Assembly (NCBI GenBank): GCA_964016885.1 | Contig: OZ024741.1 | Location: 398,970,001-399,034,000 of the forward strand | Direction: 5' to 3' | DNA from: Eledone cirrhosa | Taxonomy: Eukaryota | DNA: 64,000 nucleotides | Shown here: piece by piece, positions 52,361 to 63,668 of the stretch | Layout: every line of letters starts with the position of its first letter | Position numbering within the stretch: the stretch's first letter is position 1 | Translations under genes and position numbers: made by a program | The notes under the pieces: generated by a model | Seen by the model: the letters and a program-made list of their open reading frames with translations, nothing else | The model's database searches: none | Told to the model about the DNA's origin: nothing

Positions 52361-52645
52361 TTGGCAGTAAAATCGGTAGAGCTTCTGACAACCTGCTTTG
52401 CAGCATAGAGTTACGACCCTTTGCAGCATAGATTACAGCCATTTGTAGCATAGAGTTACGGCCCTTTGAAGCATAGAGTTACGGCCTTTTGTAGCATAGA
52501 GTTACGGCCCTTTGTAGCATAGAGTTACGGCCCTTTGCAACATAGAGTTACTGCCTTTTATGTTCTAAGTTCAAATCCGGCCGAGATTAGCTTTAGTTTT
52601 CATTGACTTTTGCCTCCCAAAATTGTTGACCTTGAATCAAAACCC
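52361..52645 (+). mobile_element. SINE-like family A copy with an internal 23-bp x7 tandem expansion
   Basis: Head ATCGGTAGAGC, then (CTTTGCAGCATAGAGTTACGGCC)x7 at 52396-~52555, then AGTTCAAATCC. The core is partly deleted. Confidence 0.85.
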
Positions 52646-52884
52646 ATTCTTTAGTAATGTTAAGTAATAAGTCCAGTATTGTAACACACCTTATCCCAAT
52701 AACTGATACAGGATACTGATCGATATCATCATTATGTCATCATACTGCTAGTATGTTATTGGTTTCAAGTCTAGGAGACTGGGTAATTGATTGTATCGAA
52801 CTGAGTGATTATATATTGATCTTTTGGTTGATTGATCTGTTTATTTAAAGGATTTGCTGCTTGCGTGAGTTTCTTTCTTTCGTG

Positions 52885-55415
52885 ACTGGTCACTTTATTG
52901 ATAAACTGGTCACTTCATTGATAAACTGGAGACTGGTCACTTTATTGATAAACTGGTCACTTCATTGATAAACTGGTCACTTCATTGATAAACTGGTCAC
53001 TTTATTGATAAACTGGAGACTGGTCACTTTATTGATGAACCGGTCACTTTATTGATAAACTGGTCACTTTATTGATAAACTGGTCACTTCATTGATAAAC
53101 TGGAGACTGGTCACTTCATTGATAAACTGGAGACTGGTCACTCTATTGATAAACTGGTCACTTCATTGATAAACTGGAGACTGGTCACTCTATTGATAAA
53201 CTGGTCACTTCATTGATAAACTGGAGACTGGTCACTCTATTGATAAACTGGTCACTTCATTGATAAACTGGAGACTGGTCACTTTATTGATAAACTGGTC
53301 ACTTCATTGATAAACTGGAGACTGGTCACTCTATTGATAAACTGGTCACTCTATTGATAAACTGGTCACTTTATTGATAAACTGGTCACTTCATTGATGA
53401 ACCGGAGACTGGTCACTTTATCGATAAACGGGAGACTGGTCATTCTATTGATAAACTGGTCACTTTATTGATAAACTGGTCACTTCATTGATAAACTGGT
53501 CACTTTATTGATGAACTGGTCACTTCATTGATAAACTGGTCACTTTATTGGTAAACTGGTCACTTTATTGATAAACTGGTCACTTTATTGATAAATTGGT
53601 CACTTTATTGGTAAACTGGTCACTTTATTGGTAAACTGGTCACTTTATTGATAAACTGGTCACTTTATTGATAAACTGGTCACTTTATTGATAAACTGGT
53701 CACTTCATTGATAAACTGGTCACTTTATTGATGAACTGGTCACTTTATTGATAAACTGGTCACTTTATTGATAAACTGGTCACTTTATTGATAAACTGCT
53801 CACTTTATTGGTAAACTGGTCACTTTATTGATAAACTGGTCACTTTATTGATAAACTGGTCACATTATTGATAAACTGGTCACTTCATTGATAAACTGGT
53901 CACTTTATTGATAAACTGGTCACTTTATTGGTAAACCGGTCACTTTATTGATAAACTGGTCACTGTATTGGTAAACCGGTCACTTTATTGATGAACTGGC
54001 CACTTTATTGGTAAACCGGTCACTTTATTGATAAACTGGTCACTTTATTGATGAACTGGCCACTTTATTGGTAAACCGGTCACTTTATTGATAAACTGGT
54101 CACTTTATTGCTAAACTGGTCACTTTATTGGTAAACCGGTCACTTTATTGATGAACTGGCCACTTTATTGGTAAACCGGTCACTTTATTGATAAACCGGT
54201 CACTTTATTGATAAACTGGTCACTTTATTGATAAACTAGTCACTTTATTGATGAACTGGTCACTTTATTGATAAACTGGTCACTTTATTGATGAACTGGT
54301 CACTTTATTGATGAACTGGCCACTTTATTGGTAAACCGGTCACTTTATTGATAAACTGGTCACTTTATTGATAAACTGGTCACTTTATTGGTAAACCGGT
54401 CACTTTATTGATGAACTGGCCACTTTATTGGTAAACCGGTCACTTTATTGATAAACCGGTCACTTTATTGATAAACTGGTCACTTTATTGATAAACTAGT
54501 CACTTTATTGATGAACTGGTCACTTTATTGATAAACTGGTCACTTTATTGGTAAACCGGTCACTTTATACACTGGTCACTTTATTGATAAACTGGTCACT
54601 TTATTGATAAACTGGAGACTGGTCACTTTATTGATAAACTGGAGACTGCTCACTTTATTGATAAACTGGTCACTTTATTGATGAACTGGTCACTTCATTG
54701 ATAAACTGGTCACTTTATTGATGAACTGGTCACTTTATTGATAAACTGGTCACTTTATTGGTAAACCGGTCACTTTATACACTGGTCACATTATTGATAA
54801 ACTGGTCACTTTATTGATAAACTGGAGACTGGTCACTTTATTGATAAACTGGAGACTGGTCACTTTATTGATAAACTGGAGACTGCTCACTTTATTGATG
54901 AACTGGTCACTTTATTGATGAACTGGTCACTTTATTGATAAACTGGTCACTTTATTGGTAAACCGGTCACTTTATACACTGGTCACTTTATTGATAAACT
55001 GGTCACTTTATTGATAAACTGGAGACTGGTCACTTTATTGATAAACTGGAGACTGCTCACTTTATTGATAAACTGGTCACTTTATTGATGAACTGGTCAC
55101 TTCATTGATAAACTGGTCACTTTATTGATGAACTGGTCACTTTATTGATAAACTGGTCACTTTATTGGTAAACCGGTCACTTTATACACTGGTCACATTA
55201 TTGATAAACTGGTCACTTTATTGATAAACTGGAGACTGGTCACTTTATTGATAAACTGGAGACTGGTCACTTTATTGATAAACTGGAGACTGGTCACTTT
55301 ATTGATAAACTGGAGACTGCTCACTTTATTGATAAACTGGTCACTTTATTGATAAACTGGAGACTGGTCACTTTATTGATAAACTGGAGACTGCTCACTT
55401 TATTGATAAACTGGT
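52885..55415 (+). repeat. 20-bp minisatellite (ACTGGTCACTTTATTGATAA) with a 27-bp variant carrying an extra ACTGGAG
   Basis: Read directly over ~2.5 kb. One more unit resumes at 55551-55595. Confidence 0.98.
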
Positions 55416-55427
55416 GACGGCGTATGC

Positions 55428-55550
55428 TTCCCTTCCCAGCTCGAGTCAGCAGGGTTTGACCGCAGGGATGGCAAAAGCCCAGACGGCATCACTATCTTCC
55501 CGTCCCATGCGGTTAGGACTCTCATTTGTGATGCCACATGCTGTGACACC
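55428..55550 (+). mobile_element. Fragment of a CRE-clade non-LTR retrotransposon restriction-like endonuclease (RLE) domain
   Basis: Stop-free 41-codon frame FPSQLESAGFDRRDGKSPDGITIFPSHAVRTLICDATCCDT, matching the CRE-type RLE motif PSxLEPxGLxRxDGKRPDGxTxxPxxxGxxLxWDATCxDT. Confidence 0.8.
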
Positions 55551-56050
55551 AACTGGAGACTGGTCACTACATTGATAAACTGGTGACTGGTCAGTTAACT
55601 GTTTATTTGTGGGATTTTTAGTGAAATGGGCATTTATAAATTAATTAATTTGTGTAATTAATAAAGTTTATTGGTTTTTCATTTTGCCTCTCTTCATGAC
55701 CATACCCGCCCTCATGATTTTTGCCCCCCTTTTAGGACGTTTGCCCTTCTTTCATAGCGTTTGGTTCTCTTTCATGACCTTTGCCCTTCTTTCATGACCC
55801 CTCATCGTTTAATCATCTCATCCTTGAGTCCTCACATTCGTTCATATTTACTCTCAGCTGTTTCATATAACTTTCTTTATAATTGTCTTTTTCACTTTCT
55901 ACCCCACCCCTCTCTCTCTCACACACACACACTCTTTCCCACTATACCTCTCCCCCTGCTCTTTCTCTCTCATAGTTACACACTACCTCCATCTCTCTTC
56001 CTATCTTACTCTATCTATCCCACTACATATATCATACTTTAGCGGGGGAC

Positions 56051-56381
56051 TATTTCACACTCACATCTCACATAACATATATTTCACACTCACATTTCAA
56101 ATAGCATACATTTCACACTCACATCTCACATAACATATATTTCACACTCACATCTCACATAACATATATTTCAAACTCACATCTCACATAACATATATTT
56201 CACACTCACATTTCAAATAACATACATTTCACACTCACATCTCACATAACATATATTTCACACTCACATCTCACATAACATATATTTCACACTCATATAT
56301 CGCACAACATATATTTCACACTCACATCTCACATAACATATTTCCCACTCACATCTCACATAACATATATTTCACGCTCAC
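56051..56381 (+). repeat. 29-bp minisatellite (TATTTCACACTCACATCTCACATAACATA), ~11 copies
   Basis: Read directly; units start at 56051, 56080 and so on. Confidence 0.95.
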
Positions 56382-56921
56382 CAAAGAGTATAATTTTTAT
56401 TCATTTTTTTTATATAGATTTCATATACTTTTATATATTTTATATATTACATATATTCATAATTTTATTCATAAATTTTATATATTTCATATATTTAATA
56501 TATACAATATATGTTATATATTCAAATATCATAATTTGTCGATATATTTCATATATCTATATATTTCGTATATCCATATATTTAATATATTCATAATTTT
56601 ATTCATATTTTTTTTTGTGTATATTTTATATGTTTTATAGATTTCATATATTTCATATATTTCAGAATCAAATTGAGAATTGTTCTATATTTTCCCTTCC
56701 AATAGTGTCACTAAATGAAATTGCGATATTCTTTCTGAGGAGAAGCATTGTCAATGTTGGATTGTTGTGCGTGTTGCTAACTTTAGTGCCGCTGTAATTT
56801 TTCGAACATTGTTTGGGTAAGCTTGTTAATAGTGTAGCGTATCTGAAAAATAGAAAACATAAATATAAATATAAATATCTAAGAGAAGATAAGATGCTTT
56901 CTTTCTTTAACTTCATATATT

Positions 56922-57055
56922 CATTTATTACGGCGATAAGTAGTTAATCTTGTTACTCTGGAGTTTCATCTGCGTATTCACAGGATTTATCAGACATGTG
57001 AGTGCACAGATGAAATTCTACACTAACAAAACTCACTATTTAGTCATAATAAATG
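56922..57055. other. Imperfect inverted repeat / long hairpin
   Basis: Core arms 56961-56982 and 56997-57018 (18/22 Watson-Crick pairs). Pairing extends outward to CATTTATTA/TAATAAATG. Confidence 0.8.
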
Positions 57056-57491
57056 GACAACCAACAAATCCGAGACGTAAACACAAGAAAAATCCCCTTA
57101 AGTAGCCACATTGCAGATTGTACAGGAATTATCCTACTCAACTTTAAGATCTTCCCCCTATTCAAGTGCCCTGATTCTTTCACTCAACAACAAAGAATAA
57201 ATTAAAAAAATATGGGTTTGGTAGTTGTAGTAGTGGTGGTTGTTGGAGTGGATGTGTTAGGTGTGCTGGTTATGGCGGCGGTTGTAGTGGTGGTGTTGGG
57301 TGAGCACTCGATGTTTAGGTTCACTTCTGTGTCGAGCACCTATGGCACCTGAAGTCTGGACGGCAACAGGTATGAGAAGGGAGCGGACAGTTAAACTCCG
57401 GTGTTTGAATTATAAATGGAAAAAAGATATTTCAGAAAACACTTTACTATATTTCTTGACACATATTTCTAATATATTGTCTCGAATGCAC

Positions 57492-57884
57492 AAATGCAAC
57501 AACTGCACAGTTTAAAATCCAACAACTGCATAGTTTGAAATACAACAACTGCACAGTTTGAAGTGCAACAACTGCATAGTTTGAAATACAACTGCACTGT
57601 TTGAAATACAGCAACTGCATAGTTTGAAATACAACAACTGCACAGTTTGAAGTGCAACAACTGCATAGTTTGAAATACAACTGCACTGTTTGAAATACAA
57701 CAACTGCATAGTTTGAAATACAACAACTGCACTGTTTGAAATACAACTGCACTGTTTGAAGTGCAACAACTGCACTGTTTGAAGTGAAACAACTGCACTG
57801 TTTGAAATGCAACAACTGCACTGTTTGAAGTGCAACGACTGCACTGTGTGAAGTGCAACAACTGCACTGTTTGAAATGCAACAA
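57492..57884 (+). repeat. 23-bp minisatellite (AACAACTGCACTGTTTGAAATAC) with 20-bp variants
   Basis: Read directly; explains the three overlapping Cys-rich minus-strand ORFs. Confidence 0.95.
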
Positions 57885-58077
57885 GCTATTTCCCTTGCAG
57901 TTGATTGATTGATTATGCTGTTTCAGTTATTTGCTAAGTATCGATCTAAGTTTGTTTGATCTCTGTTGGTCAAGAAAAGTCTATCAGCGATGAAGAGACT
58001 AAGAATTATTCTTGACAGAAAAGTAAAGTGTGTGTAACCTTAATGGCTTGTAATTACTTTATCGTCTGTTAAGTTTC

Positions 58078-58375
58078 ATGGTGGCGAATTGGGAGAGCTG
58101 TTAAAATATTGGATAGAATGTTTTGCTCTATTCGTTCCGGATCTCTAAGTTCAAACCCTACCTTTCAACCTTTCGAGGTCGATAAAAAAGTATCAGTGAA
58201 GTACTGGGGTCGATACTTCTTCTATATTCTCTGTCTTTCTCTTTCTCTGTAAGAAAGAAATCTGTTGTGTTCAAAACTGGAGAGGAATGGCCTCCACTAG
58301 GGTATAAAAATGTCCAAGAAAGACTAAATGTCACTATGGCGTTCCTACGAGTCCATCAAGTGTTATAGATCCATA
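58078..58375 (+). mobile_element. SINE-like family A, long-tailed variant
   Basis: AGTTCAAACCC, CCTTTCGAGGTCGATAAAAAAGTATCAGTGAAGTACTGGGGTCGAT core and the shared tail. Confidence 0.8.
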
Positions 58376-58459
58376 AATGGCTGTGTATAAACATGGAGAG
58401 GGATGGGCTCTGCCAGGTATAAATAATTAATAATATAAGAAAGGCTGTATATTGGGGGT

Positions 58460-58580
58460 CAGTGACGTTATGGAGTTTGAGGACCTTGCCGGAAGCTGAA
58501 GTGTGAGTGACGTCACGTAAGAGGAAGTAGGAAGTAGCAGGAGTGTGGTGTGCTTTTTTGCTATCGGTCACGTGTGGAGA
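58460..58580. promoter_or_regulatory. Candidate cis-regulatory motif cluster (CRE, ETS, E-box)
   Basis: CCGGAAG 58489-58495, GTGACGTCAC 58507-58516, GGAAGT at 58523 and 58530, GTCACGTG 58567-58574, in a locally GC/CpG-richer patch. Motif presence only. Confidence 0.3.
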
Positions 58581-58824
58581 AGACGTGTCTTTACTCAGTC
58601 CTCTGTGGTTATATGTTTTTACGTTCTGGACAAGGGTCTTGGCGGATAGGGTGCTCACGGACATGGATATACCCCATTCTGGACAAGATCAATTAGTGAA
58701 ACATGACGTGAGGTAGGTAAGATACCCGCCCCCACTTGGACAACAGTTCCAAAAGTGTTTGAGTCGTAGGGACACCACCAAAAGACTATTTTCAACTTCG
58801 TGTGGTAGAGTTAAAGAGAGCTTG

Positions 58825-59063
58825 AGGTGGTGGAGGTGGTAGATATGGTGGAGGTGGTGGAGGTAGTGTTGGTGGTGGAGGTGGAAGAAGTGGTGGAGGT
58901 AGAGGTGGTTGAGGTAGAGGTGGTGGAGGAAGTGGAGATGGAGGTAGTGGTGGTGGAGGTAGAGATGGTGGAGGTATCAGAGGAGTGAAGGTGGTGGAGG
59001 TGGTGGAGGTGATGGAGGTGGAGGTGGTGGAGGTGGTGGAGGTGGTGGAGGTGGTGGAGGTGG
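58825..59063 (+). repeat. G-rich (GGAGGT/GGT)n low-complexity repeat
   Basis: Read directly. Confidence 0.9.
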
Positions 59064-59175
59064 TATTGAATCTACATTATGTTTTCTAACTCGTAGCTTC
59101 TGTTTTCTACATCTCAGTTTTAGTTGGATTTGATTTTGTTAAAAATAAATGTGTTGGGAGTTAAGTTGCCGTGTA

Positions 59176-59321
59176 CAACAGCAACATAACAACAACAACA
59201 TAACAACAACAACAACAACAGTAACAACAGCAGTAACAACAACAGTAACAACAATAACAACAATACGAACAGCCAACTACATGTTAACTATTGTAAACAT
59301 AACTAGTTAAGTGATATTTGG

Positions 59322-59395
<74 letters not shown>

Positions 59396-59545
59396 TTATA
59401 TATACACACACAGACACACACACACACATATATACACACACATATATATATACATATACATATATAAATATACATACATATATATGTACATGTGTCTTTA
59501 TGTAGATGTATACTCACAAATATATAAATATATATATATATATAG
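59176..59545. repeat. (CAA)n followed by (TA)n/(CA)n microsatellites
   Basis: Read directly. Confidence 0.95.
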
Positions 59546-59802
59546 TTATACTTTGGGAGGGTCATGTTGCCAATAAGAAACACACGCACCAGTTGCTTTC
59601 ACTCCAATTTATTATAAATTAAATTTATAAATTTAAGAATTTATAAATTTCCTGTTAGTTGGTTGGTTCCACAACCGGACGGTTGTTCATATATTGTCAA
59701 AGTTCTTTCGTCACACATTCTGTGACCTCTTCAGTGACTGGCAAATATCGGTTTCAACACACGTTTTCAGATAAAGAATCTTGCTAAACAAATTCAGAAA
59801 CG

Positions 59803-59843
<41 letters not shown>

Positions 59844-59960
59844 AACACACGTACACACACATATACACACATACATCATACTTACTTACAAGGATACGTA
59901 CATACATACGTACACCCACACACCCACCACACACACATACATACATGTATAATAAATAAT

Positions 59961-60135
59961 TGTTTCTACTTTTGGCACAAGGCCAGCACTTACCCAGTGC
60001 ATTACTGGTACTTTTTTATCGACCCCGTAAGAATGAAAGGCAAAGTTAACCTCGGCGGGATTTGAACTCAGAATGGCAAGGGCCGTAACTCTATGCTGCA
60101 AAGCATGGCGTCCGACCCTCGACCGATACTGCGAA
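59961..60135 (-). mobile_element. SINE-like family A copy on the minus strand
   Basis: ACTGGTACTTTTTTATCGACCCCGTAAGAATGAAAGGCAAAG..GGGATTTGAACTC..GGGCCGTAACTCTATGCTGCAAAG is the reverse complement of the 52131 copy. Confidence 0.85.
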
Positions 60136-60478
60136 ATAATAATATCTGTACATTTATATTTGTTCTATCGAAGAATGTTTGGCCAACAAAAGGAATTACA
60201 TATAATTATTAACATTCCTCAACAATTTGACGAGCAAATCCTAAATGGAGGTTAAATGTTGATTAAACCTATATCTGCCTAACATCCGACAGGAGAACGG
60301 AGGTGCAGGGGGAGGGGGACAATTTGTTTTCATTACTTTATAAATATTATGTTATAAATATTAGGAAGAAAACGAATGATGAAGAAGACGAGGAGATGGT
60401 TGATGGCAGAGAACGGAAGTATACCTGGTATTTCAAAATCTCGATCAAGAATTTTGTTTGTGGAAATCAGAGGAATGT

Positions 60479-60537
<59 letters not shown>

Positions 60538-60538
60538 G

Positions 60539-60645
60539 CACTAATGTTTATGGCAAAGGAAAGTTCGTAGTATATATAAGTACATACATATATATATATA
60601 TATATACATTTACGAAATTTCTTTTGCTTGCCATAAACATTAGTG
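60539..60645. repeat. Inverted repeat, 18-bp perfect arms (MITE-like), embedded in TA/CA microsatellite
   Basis: CACTAATGTTTATGGCAA at 60539-60556 and TTGCCATAAACATTAGTG at 60628-60645, with an imperfect inward extension. Confidence 0.85.
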
Positions 60646-60646
60646 T

Positions 60647-60678
<32 letters not shown>

Positions 60679-60681
<3 letters not shown>

Positions 60682-60738
60682 GGAACCAGTAAGACCCCGA
60701 CAGCTGAGCTCAGCTGTCGGGGTCTTACTGGTTCCTAT
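60679..60738. repeat. Perfect 60-bp spacer-less palindrome
   Basis: ATAGGAACCAGTAAGACCCCGACAGCTGAG|CTCAGCTGTCGGGGTCTTACTGGTTCCTAT; checked base by base. Confidence 0.97.
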
Positions 60739-60814
60739 TACCCACTCTACTACCTCAAGTATTGAGTACTTTGGTGCGTTATGGTCCACCTGGTTCCTTA
60801 CCACATTTCCTTCG

Positions 60815-60874
<60 letters not shown>

Positions 60875-60979
60875 TGGAAAATGTGTGAGTTCCTTGGTAC
60901 AGTTAGGTATATTTGAAAAAAAGGAAAAGAATGACTTCACTTGTAGTGCTAAATAATTTCATTTAATTTTATAATATTA

Positions 60980-61603
60980 CTACCAGAATGGCCCGGCGTT
61001 GCTCGGGATTTGCTCTAGGGTTCTTATATATTTGATATATATTTATCCTTATCGAGCCTCGTCAAATAAATACGTTTGTTTATATTTTGTTATTGTGTAT
61101 GCAAAAATATCTGTACACGAATATATAATTATATATATATATATATATTTATTAAAATAACAGATTAAAGTTTAAGCAAAGAATCACTGCTTTCACCCTT
61201 AACGGGATCTTCTGAAACTAAAAAAATCAATCTGTAAACGCAGAAGTAAATATTTCGAAAATCGTTACGCACTATATATATACACACACTATATATACAT
61301 GCACACACACATACATACATCGCCATAATGTCGTAATGCAGACAGCCAGACATACAGACAGATATTATAAGGGCGCGATGTTATATCTATATATCTATCT
61401 AACAAGAGAAAGATTAAGAATTATAGAGAGAGATCGCTAAATCGCCTAATGCGATCCCTAGGGCATTGAAAATTTAAAATGTCTTTTTCTCAAAACACTA
61501 ACAGGACCATAAGTATTACATGTGTAAAGTTTGAAAACAATCGGCTTGGTGGTTCTCGAGTTTTAGGGAGACAGACAGACATTCTCTGTTTTAGATATAT
61601 AGA
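60980..61603 (-). mobile_element. Non-autonomous Helitron-like element (possibly composite)
   Basis: Minus-strand 5' end A|TCTATATATCTAAAACAGAGAATGTCTGTCTGTC at 61603. 3' hairpin CCCGGCGTTGCTCGGG at 60992-61007, about 10 bp from a degenerate terminus (plus-strand ACTAC for ACTAG, 60979-60983). Confidence 0.65.
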
Positions 61604-61710
61604 TAATATTATAAAATTAAATCAAATTATTTAGCACTACAAGTGAAGTTATTCTTTTTTACTTTTTTTCAAATACACACAAACACACACATACACACAC
61701 ACATATTTAT

Positions 61711-61744
<34 letters not shown>

Positions 61745-61747
61745 GTC

Positions 61748-61778
<31 letters not shown>

Positions 61779-61791
61779 CTACATACATATA

Positions 61792-62095
<304 letters not shown>

Positions 62096-62189
62096 GATTG
62101 TTTAAGCGCCAGTCATACAAAAGTGAGTTACAAGCGAAACGAAATTTAATTTCGTTTCGTTATTTGTTTTTATATATATATATATATAT

Positions 62190-62550
62190 ATATAAACGGA
62201 AAAAATGAAACGAAATTTCATTTCCCACTCTTAGTACGGCTGTTACTTAAATATAAGTATGTATACGTACATACATATATGTATACAGACATACAGTAGT
62301 ATGTATATATATATACATACATGCACACATATATATATATGTACGTATGGATTCACCAAACATTTATTATAATGCACGGTGTGTTTGTAAACAAACATCC
62401 CGTATTAATCCGTAGTGTCTAGCAACCACCGTCGCTCGTTTGTTCAACACTGACAAAGGAACGCTGTACTAGTTTCAAGCTTGTTAGCTATAAGTAACAG
62501 CCGTACTAAGAGTGGGAAATGAAATTTCGTTTCATTTTTTCCGTTTATAT
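62190..62550. mobile_element. MITE-like element: perfect 60-bp terminal inverted repeats, flanked by (TA)n on both sides
   Basis: 62190-62249 is the exact reverse complement of 62491-62550, with a 241-bp non-coding interior. Confidence 0.7.
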
Positions 62551-62551
62551 G

Positions 62552-62702
<151 letters not shown>

Positions 62703-62714
62703 ATATTTATATGC

Positions 62715-62794
62715 CACCACCATCTATTAGTAGGACCAACTGTAACACCACCAACACCACCATCTATTAGTAGGACCAACTGTAACACCACCAC
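62715..62794 (+). repeat. 40-bp direct tandem duplication
   Basis: CATCTATTAGTAGGACCAACTGTAACACCA at 62721 and 62761. Confidence 0.95.
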
Positions 62795-62893
62795 CGCCAC
62801 CATCCACAAGATCTACAACCATACCACTTCTACCACCATTACCTAAATCTCCGCCACCACAACTAGTATCGTAGTTTCACCAATCACAGTATC

Positions 62894-63293
62894 TATTATT
62901 TTAGTAAAAAGTGAGACAAACTATAAGGTAGGAGCATAAGGCCTGAAGAGGTGATGTTTCATTCATCATTTAATTATATAAAAAATAAAAAAAAATACTG
63001 GATGAAGAAAATCTGTCATTAAGTAGGAATATTCAATTGAGAACATCCCATGACAGAATTAACTAAAAATGACAATCGTGTCCACCACCAATGTATTATT
63101 TTAGTAAAAGTGAGACAAACTATAAGGTAGGAGCATAAGGCCTGAAGAGGTGATGTTTCATTCATCGTTTAATTATATATATAGAAAAACTAGATGAAGA
63201 CAATGTGTGGTTAAGTAGGAATATATTACTGACAACATTGAATACCAGAATTAGTAGAAATATTTCAGCTAAAAATCCTGTCCACCATCAATG
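62894..63293 (+). repeat. 200-bp tandem duplication (2 copies)
   Basis: TATTATTTTAGTAAAA..GTGAGACAAACTATAAGGTAGGAGCATAAGGCCTGAAGAGG at 62894 and 63094. Both copies end in TGTCCACCA.CAATG. Confidence 0.9.
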
Positions 63294-63522
63294 GATGGAA
63301 TATATTTCGCTAGAAGACACAACACTAAACATATTTACCAATACCGACTGTCTTATTTACTTATTTATTTATTTATTTGTTTATCTATTTGTTTGTTTAT
63401 CGATTTATTTGTTTGTTTGTTTGTTTATTTATATATTTATTTGTTTGTTTGTATGCATATTTGGTTAATTTATTTTCATTTTCCATCATCTGAAGACAGA
63501 TTGTATTGTGTTCGCAATAAAT

Positions 63523-63619
63523 ACATACATATATACATACATACATGATGGCTTCCCCCTCGTTATCGAGTATGGCCATTGCACGAGATAAAAACAACAA
63601 CAACAACAACAACAACAAC

Positions 63620-63668
<49 letters not shown>

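Noticed and set aside
52885-55415. CRISPR array or iteron cluster
   Set aside because: Units are head-to-tail without spacers, and the context is eukaryotic repeat DNA.
57300-57376. MAPEV kinase subdomain VIII-like peptide next to a CAG|GTATGA donor-like site
   Set aside because: No other kinase motifs nearby and the acceptor is weak. A five-residue match is expected by chance.
57447-57884. Cys-rich metallothionein-like ORFs (CSCC repeats)
   Set aside because: The same peptide appears in all three minus frames because it is a 23/20-bp minisatellite.
58361-58745. Solo LTR (TGTTA...AACA)
   Set aside because: The TGTTATAG start belongs to the shared SINE tail, and no TSD is present.
60364-60480. 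Acidic ORF segment [22 protein letters not shown] as a possible exon
   Set aside because: Short, purine-rich, no recognisable domain and no convincing splice acceptor.
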